This document shows, one piece after another, positions 1 through 11,514 of a stretch of DNA of 64,000 nt. The stretch comes from Octopus vulgaris (lineage: Eukaryota), in assembly GCA_951406725.2 (NCBI GenBank), contig OX597833.1:30690001-30754000 (forward strand). The letters run 5' to 3'. The notes beneath the pieces were generated by a model. That model saw only the letters and a list, made by a program, of their open reading frames with translations, was not told where the DNA came from and did no database searches. Positions within the stretch are counted from its first letter, which is position 1. Every line of letters begins with the position of its first letter. The translations under genes were made by a program, and so were the position numbers.

Positions 1-590
1 ACAACAGCATTCAATGTACTTTAGTCTGGTCTTTATCAACTATTTAGTAAAAATGGTTCCTCTGAAAAATTCTAATCCATGATGGAGGCTGTGCACATTG
101 GAATCATTGCAAAGGTCAAAATGTAGGAGACACATTGAACTTATTTGCTGTAGCATAGGTGTTAAATATGAATATGTATTGGCATCCACACTATCCTTTA
201 CCTTCTTTGCATAACTGTTGGTAAAGGCCGCCCGTAATTTTGAAGTCAAAGTTTATATTATAATCACTCCTGCAAAATGGCAGACCCCTTCTCTGCAGGA
301 GAACTACTGAATACAGATAACAGTATACTAGTAACTCATATATCACAGTAAATACAGAGAATCATAAATAAAATATATTGGTCTCAAGATAAATATCAAA
401 TGACAGATGTGCTGTTCCTATTAAGTTGTATTTGAACACTTGATTAATTAATGGTGGTAATATGAAACCTGTATGAGGCTTTATATGTCTTGGTAATGCA
501 ATATAAAAAAAATGGCCTATCTTAGCCAGAGTTCATCATTTAGATAATGATTTCACTGTACCTGATATTTTAATTCAAACTTCTCTACAT

Positions 591-999
591 GGCGTAGCAG
601 TGACTGTGTGATAAGTAGCTTGCTTACCAGCCACATGGTTCCGGGTTCAGTCCCACTGAGTGGCACTTTGGGTAAGTGTCTTCTACTATAGCTTTGGGCC
701 GACCAAAAGCCTTATGAGTGGATTTGGTAGATGGAAACTGAAAGAAGCCCGTCGTATATACGTGTAGATATATATATGTATATGTTTGGTGTCTGTATTT
801 GTCCCCCCAACATTGCTTGACAACTGATGCTGGTGTGTTTACGTCCCCGTAACTTAGCAGTTTGGCAAAAGATACCGATAGAATAAGTACTAGGCTTACA
901 AAGAATAAGTCCTGGGGGCGATTTGCTCAACTAAAGGCGGTGCTCCAACATGGCCACAGTCAAATAACTGAAACAAGCAAAAGAGTCAAGAGAAAGAGT
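591..999 (+). mobile_element. tRNA-derived SINE, family 1, full length
   Basis: Pol III A/B-box-like head (GTGACTGTGTGATAAG...GGGTTCAGTCCC), internal (TA)n tract and GTGCTCCAxCATGGCC...AAAAGAG tail. Near-identical copies at 14135, 34150 and 35099. Confidence 0.9.
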
Positions 1000-1328
1000 A
1001 TGGTGTATGTTAATATCCACTTTATAATTTTCATGCTGCAGGTGTCACTGGGTATTTTTACCATAATCACCCTGTTTCAAACTATAGCTTGTCTTTAAAA
1101 AAAACCTTTATTCATTTTCTCCAGTGTTGTCACTCAAAAGTTAACTTTGCACATTTCAAATGCTTTCATTTTCAGTCCTTAATTACATTAATTTTTTACA
1201 TATTTCCTTCTATTTGTTGTATTTAATTATATATACACTAAAGTATGTAAGGTACATAATTACATGCATATTTATATGTATGTTTGTCTGTGCTAGCTAC
1301 GTAATTTGTATGTGCCTGTGCGTAAAAG

Positions 1329-1492
1329 TAAGGTGGCAACCTGTCAGAATTGGTAGCATACCGGATAAAATGCTTAGCAGCATTTCTTCCAGCTCTTTGT
1401 ATTCTAAGGTCAAAGGCCACTGAGGTCAAATTTGTCTTTCATTTCTTTGGATTTGATGTAATAGATTTGACCCCTCTCCTCAAAATTGCTGC
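1329..1492 (+). mobile_element. SINE family 2 (Meta-domain-like), decayed
   Basis: Aligns by eye with the copies at 48108, 54408 and 55988, which carry a tRNA-like head and a CTTTCATCCTTT-GGG-TGATAAAAT-AGTACCAG core. Confidence 0.6.
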
Positions 1493-1632
1493 TCTTAAAA
1501 ACTTGCAACAGACTGGTGTTTAGTTCAGGTGTGATCTTGGTCACTTACACACCAGGGAAAGTGAGTTAATCAGCCTTGTGAGTCCTAGGGTACAAGGAAA
1601 GAAGATATATATCATTATCATACATATGCAAC

Positions 1633-1775
1633 AGGCGTCTTTCAGTTTCCGACTTCAAATTCACTCACAAAGCCCAAGACTGTAGTAGAAGAAACTTGTC
1701 TTAGGTGCCACACAGTAGGACTGAAACCAGAACCATGTTGTTGGGAAGCAAACTTCTAACCACATGGCCATGCCT
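1633..1775 (-). mobile_element. SINE family 1, 5' half
   Basis: Reverse-complement match to the head of 591-999. Confidence 0.75.
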
Positions 1776-1859
1776 GTGTGTGCGTAAGTGTGTGCGCGCA
1801 TGCATGCTCACATTCACACACACACACACACACACACACATAGAATAATTAGTCCAAAT

Positions 1860-2947
1860 TTGACAGTTTACATAAAAGGAAAAAGAAAATACAATATCCC
1901 ATCCTAAAATATAAATATTTATGACTGAAACATGACAGTTTGCTTAAAGTAGCTGCCCCCAGCTTCCACCATGGCCTCATGAGGGGCCTGAAACCTGGTA
2001 CATACGTTCCTCACTCTGTCTCTGGGAAGATCTTCAAACACCTCCTAGATCTAGGCCACCAGCTCAGCCTTGATGTTTCAGGTAGATTGGTTTGTGTCGT
2101 TCTCAACTGTACCCCACATGTAGTAATCCATGGGGTTACAATCAAGGGATTAGGAGGCCAGAAATTGGGGCTGATGAAATCATAGAAATCCTCTGACAAA
2201 TTCTTCTGACGTTTTCTGGAGTATAGCAAGGAGACAAATCCTGCTATTACACACATGGCCTTCCAGCAGCAACCCTCTCTAACTAGGGTTTGACTACAGT
2301 CTCCAGCAGCTTCACTTGGCCATCTGAACTGAGCCTAAAACCCTGTTTAAAGATGTGGGGCAGCATGATGTCGTCCTCACTGGAAACACACCCAAAGACC
2401 TTCACAGTTTGGAGGAACTTGGTTTTCATAACGTGGGACATGGATTGTAGGAAAGTTTTTCTGGATGTTGGGCAACTGGTCCTGGCAGAAATACTTAACA
2501 TGATGCCTCAACTTGTTCAGGAGCTTATTTACCTTTGTCAAAGGCCCTGGCTGTCAGAATTTGTCCCTTGTGTCTCTTCTACGAGTGGTAGCAAAGGTCC
2601 TCCCTCATGGTCAGCTTCATTTCCAACACCTGTCTCTCTCACCAGAGTCCACATTTCCCTTACTTAGATCTTCCATCAGCTTGTCTTTCAGTTCGATGAA
2701 CTTCATTCAGCATGTGGATTTATTCAGAACATGATGTTGGCATTTTGACACCTAGTATGAATCATCATGATACAGGGAACTCTTTTCCAAAATTCTAATG
2801 GCTTGCATTCCTCCATGTCAGCTAACTCTTTTTTCAACTACAACTTTAATCTTTATGCTATCCAATGCTGCTGGCTGTTCATCAATATATCAAGCTTTCC
2901 CTGAAAAAAAGGAAACAAAAGTCATTAAATTTAGCCCAAACACCGTA
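1860..2947 (-). mobile_element. Tc1/mariner (probably DD37D/maT-like) transposon remnant
   Basis: Fragmented transposase: VMKTKF.QTV.VFGCVSSE..IM.PHIF, SPNFWPPN and, in a shifted frame, DCNPMDYY. The terminus AAATTTAGCCCAAACACCG-TA (2927-2947) is shared with the copy at 28109. Confidence 0.85.
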
Positions 2948-3420
2948 TATAAATAAATAAATAAATAGATATATATATAAAATATAAAGTTATATCTTGA
3001 GTGACAACAACGCTCAAGATATACAACGGACTGGAAATAGAAGTGCTCCAATGAGCTGTATGCACTTTTTTATCCAAGGGGAGGCAATGCAAGCAACAAC
3101 CACAGGAACATCACAAAATTCAAAGATAGACCAAACACATACAAATCTTATATACTAATTTATATCTAAACAGTCTGACATTTAAAAAAATTTTTTAATT
3201 CAGGAATATATAAGTATCATATACAAATAAAAATCATATACAAATAAAAATATAAATATAAATATAAATTTTGCATATAACACGCTTAAAACTGTTAGAA
3301 TAAGAGAAATAAATATAATGATAATAAAATAAAAATATGGCATATCAAAAGACAAATAAAATTCCAGCGAATAGTACATAGAATATAATACATTTACAAG
3401 CTTACAAAAATATAGAAGTC

Positions 3421-3510
3421 CATCTACGGGCTGTTTTGAGGATGTGCCAATTAATAGACATATCAGTACTTAAAATAGTACTTAAAATTGGCACTCCCCT
3501 CATCAGGATG
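3421..3510 (-). ncRNA. Type I hammerhead ribozyme motif (mutated copy)
   Basis: Minus strand: CATC-CTGATGA-GGGGAGTGCCAATT...AATTGGCACATCCT-CAAAA-CAGCCCG-TA-GATG. GAAA is mutated in this copy. Confidence 0.7.
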
Positions 3511-3765
3511 TCCTATACAACACATATAAAACATGAACAAATACACAATCACATACTGGCCATTCTCAGAACACGGCATTTACGTACTCCCAGAAATTTT
3601 TTCAGCGATCCTGAAAGGAACTTTATACGCATACAATTCGATCCTGCCACACAGCGCCACTTGGACCATTTCACTTCAACACTTAATTTATTTTATCTTA
3701 TTTCAATTTTATAAATTCTCCCATATATGCAAAGCCACATATTCAGGTTTGAGTCCTTGACTAAC

Positions 3766-4021
3766 AGCTATTTTTTAAATAATTACATTACTATAGTTTT
3801 ATCTCGTTTACAACTCACTATACTTACTAAACTTAGTTCAATTATTATTGCTTAGCTCTACCTTTTATTGCTATTTCTATTTCTAAATTTCCTAGCTATT
3901 TTTTTATTAATTACATTACTTTAGTTATATCTTGTTTACCACTCACTATACTTACTAAACTTAACTCAATTGTTATTGCTTAGCTCTAACTCTTATTGCT
4001 ATTTCTATTTCTAAATTTCCT
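3766..4021. repeat. Two-copy tandem duplication of about 128 bp in the PLE-1 3' region
   Basis: AGCTATTTTTT...CTATTTCTATTTCTAAATTTCCT occurs twice in tandem. Confidence 0.8.
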
Positions 4022-4471
4022 ATGGAACGTCGAGTGGATCTTATGCATACATGCCGGTATTGCATCAGTGAACTTATTTAACACTGCGTTGTTGTAATTT
4101 TTCAATATAGCATATGCCTCCCTTATGCATAAACCGCATCTAGTGGACCCAATTCTATAAAGGGAGGCATGCGCAAGGATAGCCCATAATATTTTAAATT
4201 CAACATTCCTTTCCTTAAGGTCATTAACATGTAATGCCAATGTTGTAGAGGTCCTATATTTAGGATTGTTGAAAGAGCTCAGGTGGGATCGATACCTCTG
4301 CTTAAAGTCTACTGTGCTTCCAAAATATATTTTTCTCTGGCCTCCTTGAGCCTCAACACTACATTTATAAACTACATTTTCCTGGCGACAATTTCCGCTA
4401 ATCGGACGTTCTGATGGGTCCCTACAATTACATTTCTTCAACCTGCTACGGGGTCCTGTATTATTGATCAC
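3986..4471 (-). pseudogene. PLE GIY-YIG endonuclease domain
   Basis: CNCR...GNC..ENVVYKC...IYFGST..FKQRY..H...TTLA.HV..LK...W.IL...CGLCIRE...LNK is a PLE C-terminal GIY-YIG. It resembles the Hydra-type clade from memory. Confidence 0.88.
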
Positions 4472-5002
4472 TCCAAAACCATGCCCCCCCCCCCAGTACT
4501 ACGATCCACCATATCATTTACACCATCATTCGTACTATTTTCTGGTATAATTATTCTATTATTATTCTTACTATTACCATCATTATTATTTTTATTTTTA
4601 CTAATATTTTTATTACCATCACCACTACTATTAACACCATCATTACCACCCTGATAATCATTATAATCACTAATATCATCACCGACATCATTATTATGAT
4701 TATCTCTACTATTTGCATTATTTGTCACTCCTTCACAATCGATTTCAGAAGACGTACTATTAATATTAATACCATCTTCTATGTCGTTTATGAATTTTCC
4801 CTTAACGCTTCTGTCATCATTTCTATCATTATAGCGCCTTATTTTACTTCTGTTCAACGAAGCAATACTAGATCCGACATTGGGAGTGACTGAGTAGGCC
4901 AGCTTGATTGTTGACTTGTTACATATTGAATAGTACTTATGGTGTTTTGGGAAATTTTCCTTCAATAACTTAAAAAATAGCTTTGGTAAACCTTTCACCC
5001 TT
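4468..5002 (-). pseudogene. PLE RT-EN linker with Asn/Asp-rich insertion, frameshifted relative to the EN
   Basis: LFFKLLKENFPKHHKYYSICNKSTIKLAYSVTPN is a PLE linker motif. The frame changes at a homopolymer near 4484-4494. Confidence 0.75.
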
Positions 5003-5080
5003 AATGCCATTTTCTGAGAATGGCCGGTATGTGATTGTGTATTTGTGTATTTGTTCATGTTTTATATGTGTTGTATAGGA

Positions 5081-5173
5081 CATCCTGATGAAGGGAGTGC
5101 CAATTTTAAGTACTATTTTAAGTACTGATATGTCTAATATTAATTGGCACATCCCCGAAATGGCCCGTATATG
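5081..5173 (+). ncRNA. Type I hammerhead ribozyme motif (second PLE-1 arm)
   Basis: CATC-CTGATGA(5085-5091)-long stem II (GTGCCAATT/AATTGGCAC)-GAAA(5157-5160)-TGGCCCG-TA-TATG. The core is intact; stems I and III carry substitutions. Confidence 0.75.
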
Positions 5174-5629
5174 GACTTCTGTATATCTTATATTTTTGTA
5201 AGCTTGTATATGTATTATATTCTATGTACTATTCGCCGGAATTTTATTCATCTTTTGATATGCCATATTTTTATTTTATTATCATTATATTTATTTCTCT
5301 TATTCTAACAGTTTTAAGCGTGTTATATGCAAAATTTATATTTATATTTTTATTTGTATATGATACTTATATATTACTGAATTTTTTAACTTTTTAAAAT
5401 GTCGGACTGTTTAGATATAAATTAGTATATAAGATTTGTATGTGTTTGGTCTATCTTTGAATTTTGTGATGTTCCTGTGGTTGTTGCTTGCATTGCCTCC
5501 CTTTGGATAAAAAAGTGTATATATATATATATATATATATATATGTAGGTCCCGGGTTGAGTCGGGGTTAACCACAGTAAATAAGGTACTCAATACATAG
5601 CAGAGTAAATTAATTTATTTTATAGAAGG

Positions 5630-5680
5630 AGCTTCTACAGGACTAGAACTGTTTCATTCAAATGAAATCATCAGGAAGCT
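5630..5680 (-). ncRNA. Type I hammerhead ribozyme, intact core
   Basis: Exact reverse complement of 11447-11497. Confidence 0.88.
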
Positions 5681-6199
5681 TTGTGTCAAGAATAGTTTTG
5701 GCATTTATACATTTAGGCAGATTTAAAGGGGTGGTGGTGGGGGACTTTTTGGGGGTAGGCATGGCGCAAACTGTCTTTCTTAGGGAGTGGTCAAAAGAAT
5801 CAGTGATAAAGTAGATAAATGAATAAATAGAATAATAGAATAGAGTTTTAGGTAAATAAGAAGACTATATGCAAGCACACGCACACACATATCTACACAC
5901 ATATATATAAAAAAAGAATATACACACCCATACACACACACACTCATATATATACATACACATACACACACACATATATATACATATGTGTATACATGCA
6001 CACATATACACACATTTCATCCCTTATTTTATTTTTATCTTTATTTTTATTTTGACCTCGACCTACCCACCCGCCGACAAACATTTAGTGGCGGCTGAGG
6101 TCGACCCTCCCGAGGGAGCAAGCCCGCCTAAAAGAAAACCGTTTATTGCCCATCTCCCTTCCTTTCTATCTCTCTTCCCACGGATACGAACACAAACAC

Positions 6200-7023
6200 T
6201 CACACACACACACACACTCCAGACACACACACACACTCACACGCACACCCATACACATACACAAACGCGCATGTTCTATGTATACACATACATATACACA
6301 CACAAGTACTCATAAACGAACACATAAACGTACACATAACTATGTACACACAAAACCACATATATAAATGTACTTCAGTACACATAAACACACATGAACA
6401 TCTGCCCGCATATATAAACGCATATGCCTATATACAGACATTTGTGCATATAAACATACTTACGCATATATACGCATCCATACGCTTATAAATTCATATA
6501 TGCACACATGCACGCATACACGTATACATAAAAGCATACCTACATATACACACATATATATACATACATGCACGTATATACACATACGTACACGTACATA
6601 CAAATACATATCTACACACATACACATACATACAACTATACACATACAGAAATCTGCAGTACTATATATATACACACATATATCTACATATATATATATA
6701 TATATATACATACATATATATATACATACACACACATACACATATGTATATACCTACATATACATACACATATATGCTAACACCATCATATACATACCTA
6801 CATACACATACATCCATATATATCTATACATATACATACGTATATATAAATACATGCACATACTAATACACGTATGCATATCTACGCACATGCACGCACA
6901 CATATCTATCTACATATATAAGAAACCCAACAAGTCCATACATATACACATATACATATACGCGTACATACATACACATACATGTACACACATATATCCC
7001 CATATATATATACATCTATATAT

Positions 7024-7074
<51 letters not shown>

Positions 7075-7992
7075 CAATACACACATATATATATATATAC
7101 ACATACATACACATACACACATATATATATACATATACATACAAACACACACACATATACATACATACACCCACACAGAGGTATACAGGCATATACACAC
7201 ATATCTATACATACATATATATATATATATACACACGAACACACACATATACACATATATACATATATACACACCAATACACATACGCATACATAAATAT
7301 ATACATATGTATATACACATGCATACACATACACACACACGCGTGCATCTATATATACATAAATACATACAGGCATACATACATATACTTATATACATAT
7401 ACATACATGCATACACAAATAATAAATATATATACGTGCAAATACCCATACTCACACATACATATACGCGTACATGTACACATACATACATATAAACAAA
7501 CACATATATATAAATACACATATATATATATACATACATATACACATATATATACATACATACATATACATAAAACACACAAGCGTACATATATATATAT
7601 CCATACATACACATACACACATATATGTACACATTTAAAGATATATACATATGTAAATATACGTACACACATACATACGCATATTCATATTTACACCCAT
7701 ACACATACATATATATATATATATGTACACATACACACCCATAAACATATACACAAGCATATACCTACACGTAAAATGGACCCGTATACACACACACTCA
7801 TACACTTGTACATACACACACATATATATATGTACACACATATATATGCACATATACATATACACACATACATATACATACATACATACATACACATACA
7901 TATTTATCCATAAATACATATATGTACATATACATACACATACATCTACACACACATACATATACACATATATATACATACACACGTATATA

Positions 7993-8024
<32 letters not shown>

Positions 8025-8200
8025 CACACATACATATATATACACATGCATAAGCATGTACACATATACACAAGCACACGCATGCACGCCTTCACATACA
8101 CATGTACATACACTTTTGCACATACACTCACATACAAATACGTATATGCACTCGTATACATATATGTACGCACACGCACATATGCCAGCATCCATATATA
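6200..8200. repeat. Degenerate (CA)n/(TA)n low-complexity tract
   Basis: About 2 kb of mostly alternating purine-pyrimidine sequence; it is the source of the Y/I/H/T/C/V/M ORFs. Confidence 0.95.
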
Positions 8201-8278
8201 TGTGAGTAGTCTTAGGAGAGAAGGTAATTGGGGGTGATGAGGGGATGGTGGTGGGGGTGTTTTGTGGGTGGGGTGTCG

Positions 8279-8539
8279 TCAATCGGGTTGCCGGGTGGGT
8301 CTGTAGTTTTTATAGTTTGCATAAATTTTGTGCATACAGTTTGGGGAGTGTTCCGAGATCTTGTTGAGGAGAGGGCCTTTGGCGAACAAGATCTCCAGGC
8401 TCTCAGAAATGCAAAGGTCACAGCAGGTATGGCCTCCTGTGTACGAACGCGCCCTCTGTAGTAGTCTCCACTTGATCTTGAAGGGGATGGAGTTCCTTTT
8501 AAGGTACCAGATGTGGGCGGCGAGAGTAGTCTGGTTATA
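8279..8539 (-). pseudogene. C-terminal part of a PLE GIY-YIG endonuclease (not in the ORF track)
   Basis: Hand translation: YNQTTLAAHIWYLKRNSIPFKIKWRLLQRARSYTGGHTCCDLCISESLEILFAKGPLLNKISEHSPNCMHKIYANYKNYRPTRQPD*. Homologous to the end of 3986-4471. Confidence 0.85.
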
Positions 8540-8745
8540 TGTATATGTGTATATATATATATATATATACGTTTAAATATTTGTTGTGCAAGATTTTTTA
8601 TGTGAAGTCGTGTGTTGAAACAGATATTGTTATATTTCGGAATGGTCATATTGCCAGTTTAGCCAATAAAAACACACGCACTATATATTTGGTGTTATTT
8701 TGCTTCAGTGATATTTATTTTTTACATTAATCTTAATCTTATTTC

Positions 8746-8790
8746 GGCCAAAGTTCTTTCGTCACACTCCTGTGACCGCATCAGTGGTCC
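8746..8790 (-). ncRNA. Hammerhead-like motif with non-canonical core
   Basis: Minus strand: GGACCA-CTGATGCG-GTCAC-AGGAGT-GTGAC-GAAA-GAAC-TT-TGGCC. Confidence 0.55.
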
Positions 8791-9308
8791 TTTGTTTTCT
8801 TCTCACTTACTTGTGTCTCTCCTTACTAACCGTCAGCCATTTTGTATTTCTATTGTATGTCTTCATTTGCGCATGCTTATATCTCTATGTGCGTCTATGT
8901 TTATTTAGTGTGTGTGTGGGGGGGATGCCTGTAATATTTGTATCTTCTGGTTATATACATTCTTGTAATTTGTATTTTGTTTTTGTTGTTGTTGCTTTTG
9001 TTCTAATTTTATTCATGTGTTTACATCCACCCATTATTATCATTACATATGCTTGTATGTATGTATAACAACAATATTAGTAATAATAATAATAAATCTA
9101 ATCGAGAAAAAAAAAAAAAAAGAATATACATATACATATATATATACATACATATACATATACATATATATATATATATATATACATATATACACACATA
9201 TATACACATATGCATATACATATATATACACATATACATATATATAGATATTCATTTCTATTTCTTTAATTACCTGTGTATTTATTATGTTTGCAGGATC
9301 CACTATTG

Positions 9309-10705
9309 TCATATGTTGTGGTGTGCGCTATTGCTCCATTCTAGTTTTCTATTCAGGCTAGGTTTATTTTCTATTATATGTGTAGCTTCTGTAATTTGTC
9401 TAATTGTTGCATCTGTTCTATGTGTGGACAATATCTTAATCTCTATGTTATTGATTGATCCCCCGTGTTCTTGTTCGGCGTGTTGGTACAGAATCGATGA
9501 GCTTTTACCTTCCTTGAGTTGTCTCCAATGTTCATTCACCCGCTCACCAATGCTTCTTGCCGTTTCCCCTACGTATGTTACTGTCTTGTTACTGCATCGT
9601 CCCTCTATACATCTTATACTATAGACCACATTTCTGGCTTTACAGTTCGTTTGTGGGCTAAATCTACATACAGTGCAATAGTTATCCGTACAGAGAGTTC
9701 TACTAAAAGGATAGGTTCTACCAATTATAGATCTGATAGGGTTGCCTGGCTTTTCAACAACCTTAATTCTTAGTTTAAGTTTATCTAGGGTCCTTCTAAA
9801 GCGGTACGCTAGTTCACCTCCAGGGGTGGTGTCAACGAACATGACACTCTGGTATTTATGGCTATCATACCAAGAGTTGGCCTTCCTTATTTTCTTTTTT
9901 GTCCTTTCTATAGTGTTCCATGACTTGTTCCTATAGAGTGGGCAAATCCCATTCCTATCATTACATAATATATTATCAAATTTCTTCATGGCTCCTTTGT
10001 ATACTCTGATCCTTTCTTTATGGCTGTAACCTGAGAACTGCATGCGGTGAATGAAATACTGTATGTGTCTCTTTAATTCTGTAGGCTCGCACATGCGTGA
10101 CACATTTCTCATTATTCTGACGAGGTCTGCCATCAAAATATTGAATTTGGCATTGCCCGCAATGGCTGAGTTCCGGTGGATCAGGTATTTTGAGGCCATA
10201 GGTTTTGCATAGTATGAATGAAGGATTTGGGTTTTATTTTTCACAATTTCTAGCCAGAGTTCAGTGTCTAGTACTGGTAGTCTATGGTTGGGGTGTTTAG
10301 TGGGGTAGTCTATTGTGACCTTAATACTCTGGTGGATGGAGTTAGCTATTTGCTGGATGCTCTCCATAGTATTAGTTTCTATTACTATATCAACAGTACT
10401 TTCTTGTGGGGGTGCCTTTACTACTATATTGATATCATCAACATAGCGAGAGTACATGTTTACGAGTATGGATTTCTGCAGTAGGCATTCTTTAAGCCTT
10501 CTGTCCCACCATACCATGAAGAGGTTGGCCACATCACCAGCGATACTAACACCGATGGCTGCCCCCTCGTCCTGGGCATATATTTTATTATTAAATTTAA
10601 ATGTGTGGCCTTTTAGGGTAACTCTTATACTAGCTCCTAGTGCATGTGCGATCATTTTCTTTACCTGATGGACATTTGCGGGGCTCCGTATGGCTCTGGT
10701 CCATC
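9309..10705 (-). CDS. PLE reverse transcriptase plus GIY-YIG endonuclease, 5'-truncated but uninterrupted
   Basis: GAAIG (RT motif B), YSRYVDD (motif C), LPVLD, a Cys-rich linker CTDNYCTVC, and NVVY..C..YVGET.R...R..EH...E...LN. The frame stays open upstream of the annotated Met (10655) to the junction near 10705. Confidence 0.92.
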
Positions 10706-11511
10706 TGCGGGCAGATGTTCATGTGTGTTTATGTGTACTGAAGTACATTTATATATGTGGTTTTGTGTGTACATAGTTATGTGTACGTTTATGTGAAAGT
10801 GGGTACACTTATGAATGTATGAGCATGAGTACTTGTGTGTGTATATGTATGTGTATACATAGAACATGCGCGTTTGTGTATGTGTATGTGTATGAGTGTG
10901 CGTGTGAGTGTGTGTGTGTGTGTGTGTGGAGTGTGTGTGTGTGTGTGAGTGTTTGTGTTCGTATCCGTGGGAAGAGAGATAGAAAGGAAGGCAATAAACG
11001 GGTTTTCTTTTAGGCCGGCTTGCTCCCTCGGGAGGGTCTACCTAAATGTTTGTCCGCGGGTGGGTAGGTCGAGGTCAAAATAAAAATAAAGATAAAAATA
11101 AAATAAGGGAGGAAATGTGTGTGTATATGTGTGCATGTATACACATATGTATATATATGTGTATGTGTATGTATATATATGAGTGTGTGTGTGTATGGGT
11201 GTGTATATTCTTTTTTTATATATATGTGTGTAGATATGTGTGTGCGTGTGCTTGCATATAGTCTTCTTATTTACCTAAAACTCTATTCTATTATTCTATT
11301 TATTCATTTATCTACTTTATCACTGATTCTTTTGACCACTCCCCTAAGAAAGACAGTTTGCGCCATGCTTACCCCCAAAAAGTCCCCCACCACCACCCCT
11401 TTAAATCTGCCTAAATGTATAAATGCCAAAACTATTCTTGACACAAAGCTTCCTGATGATTTCATTTGAATGAAACAGTTCTAGTCCTGTAGAAGCTCCT
11501 TCTATAAAATA
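10706..11511 (+). mobile_element. Inverted copy of the PLE-A terminal region (pseudo-LTR)
   Basis: Reverse complement of approx. 5616-6410 with a few indels; ends in an A-run followed by (TA)n. Confidence 0.92.
11447..11497 (+). ncRNA. Type I hammerhead ribozyme, intact core
   Basis: Stem I AGCTTC/GAAGCT, CTGATGA 11453-11459, short stem II (TTC/GAA), GAAA 11472-11475, stem III ACAG/CTGT, and a GUA triplet with the predicted cut after 11491. Confidence 0.88.
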
Positions 11512-11514
11512 AAA

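Larger units (their letters stand above)
2985..5519 (-). mobile_element. 5'-truncated Penelope-like element (PLE-1) with inverted pseudo-LTR copy
   Basis: About 520 bp inverted repeat (approx. 3062-3580 vs 5003-5519), a GIY-YIG ORF, a hammerhead motif in each arm, and TA-rich flanks. Confidence 0.9.
5544..8540 (-). mobile_element. 5'-truncated Penelope-like element (PLE-A) with a microsatellite-like 3' UTR of about 2.7 kb
   Basis: GIY-YIG C-terminus at 8279-8539, a long CA/TA-rich tract, a hammerhead at 5630-5680, and a 3' end abutting (TA)n at 5517-5543. Confidence 0.85.
8571..10705 (-). mobile_element. 5'-truncated Penelope-like element (PLE-B)
   Basis: RT plus GIY-YIG ORF, a 3' UTR, a hammerhead-like motif at 8746-8790, and a 3' end at the (TA)n at 8540-8568. 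Confidence 0.9.

Noticed and set aside
5780-8282. Many long overlapping ORFs rich in Y/I/H/T or C/V/M/Y
   Set aside because: They are translations of TA/CA microsatellite-like DNA, which rarely contains stops. The same applies near 9020-9310, 54850-55200 and 60510-61240.
9309-10705. Selenoprotein-coding or N-terminal-EN (Naiad-type) PLE
   Set aside because: The endonuclease is C-terminal, there is no internal in-frame TGA, and the terminal TGA is followed closely by TAG.
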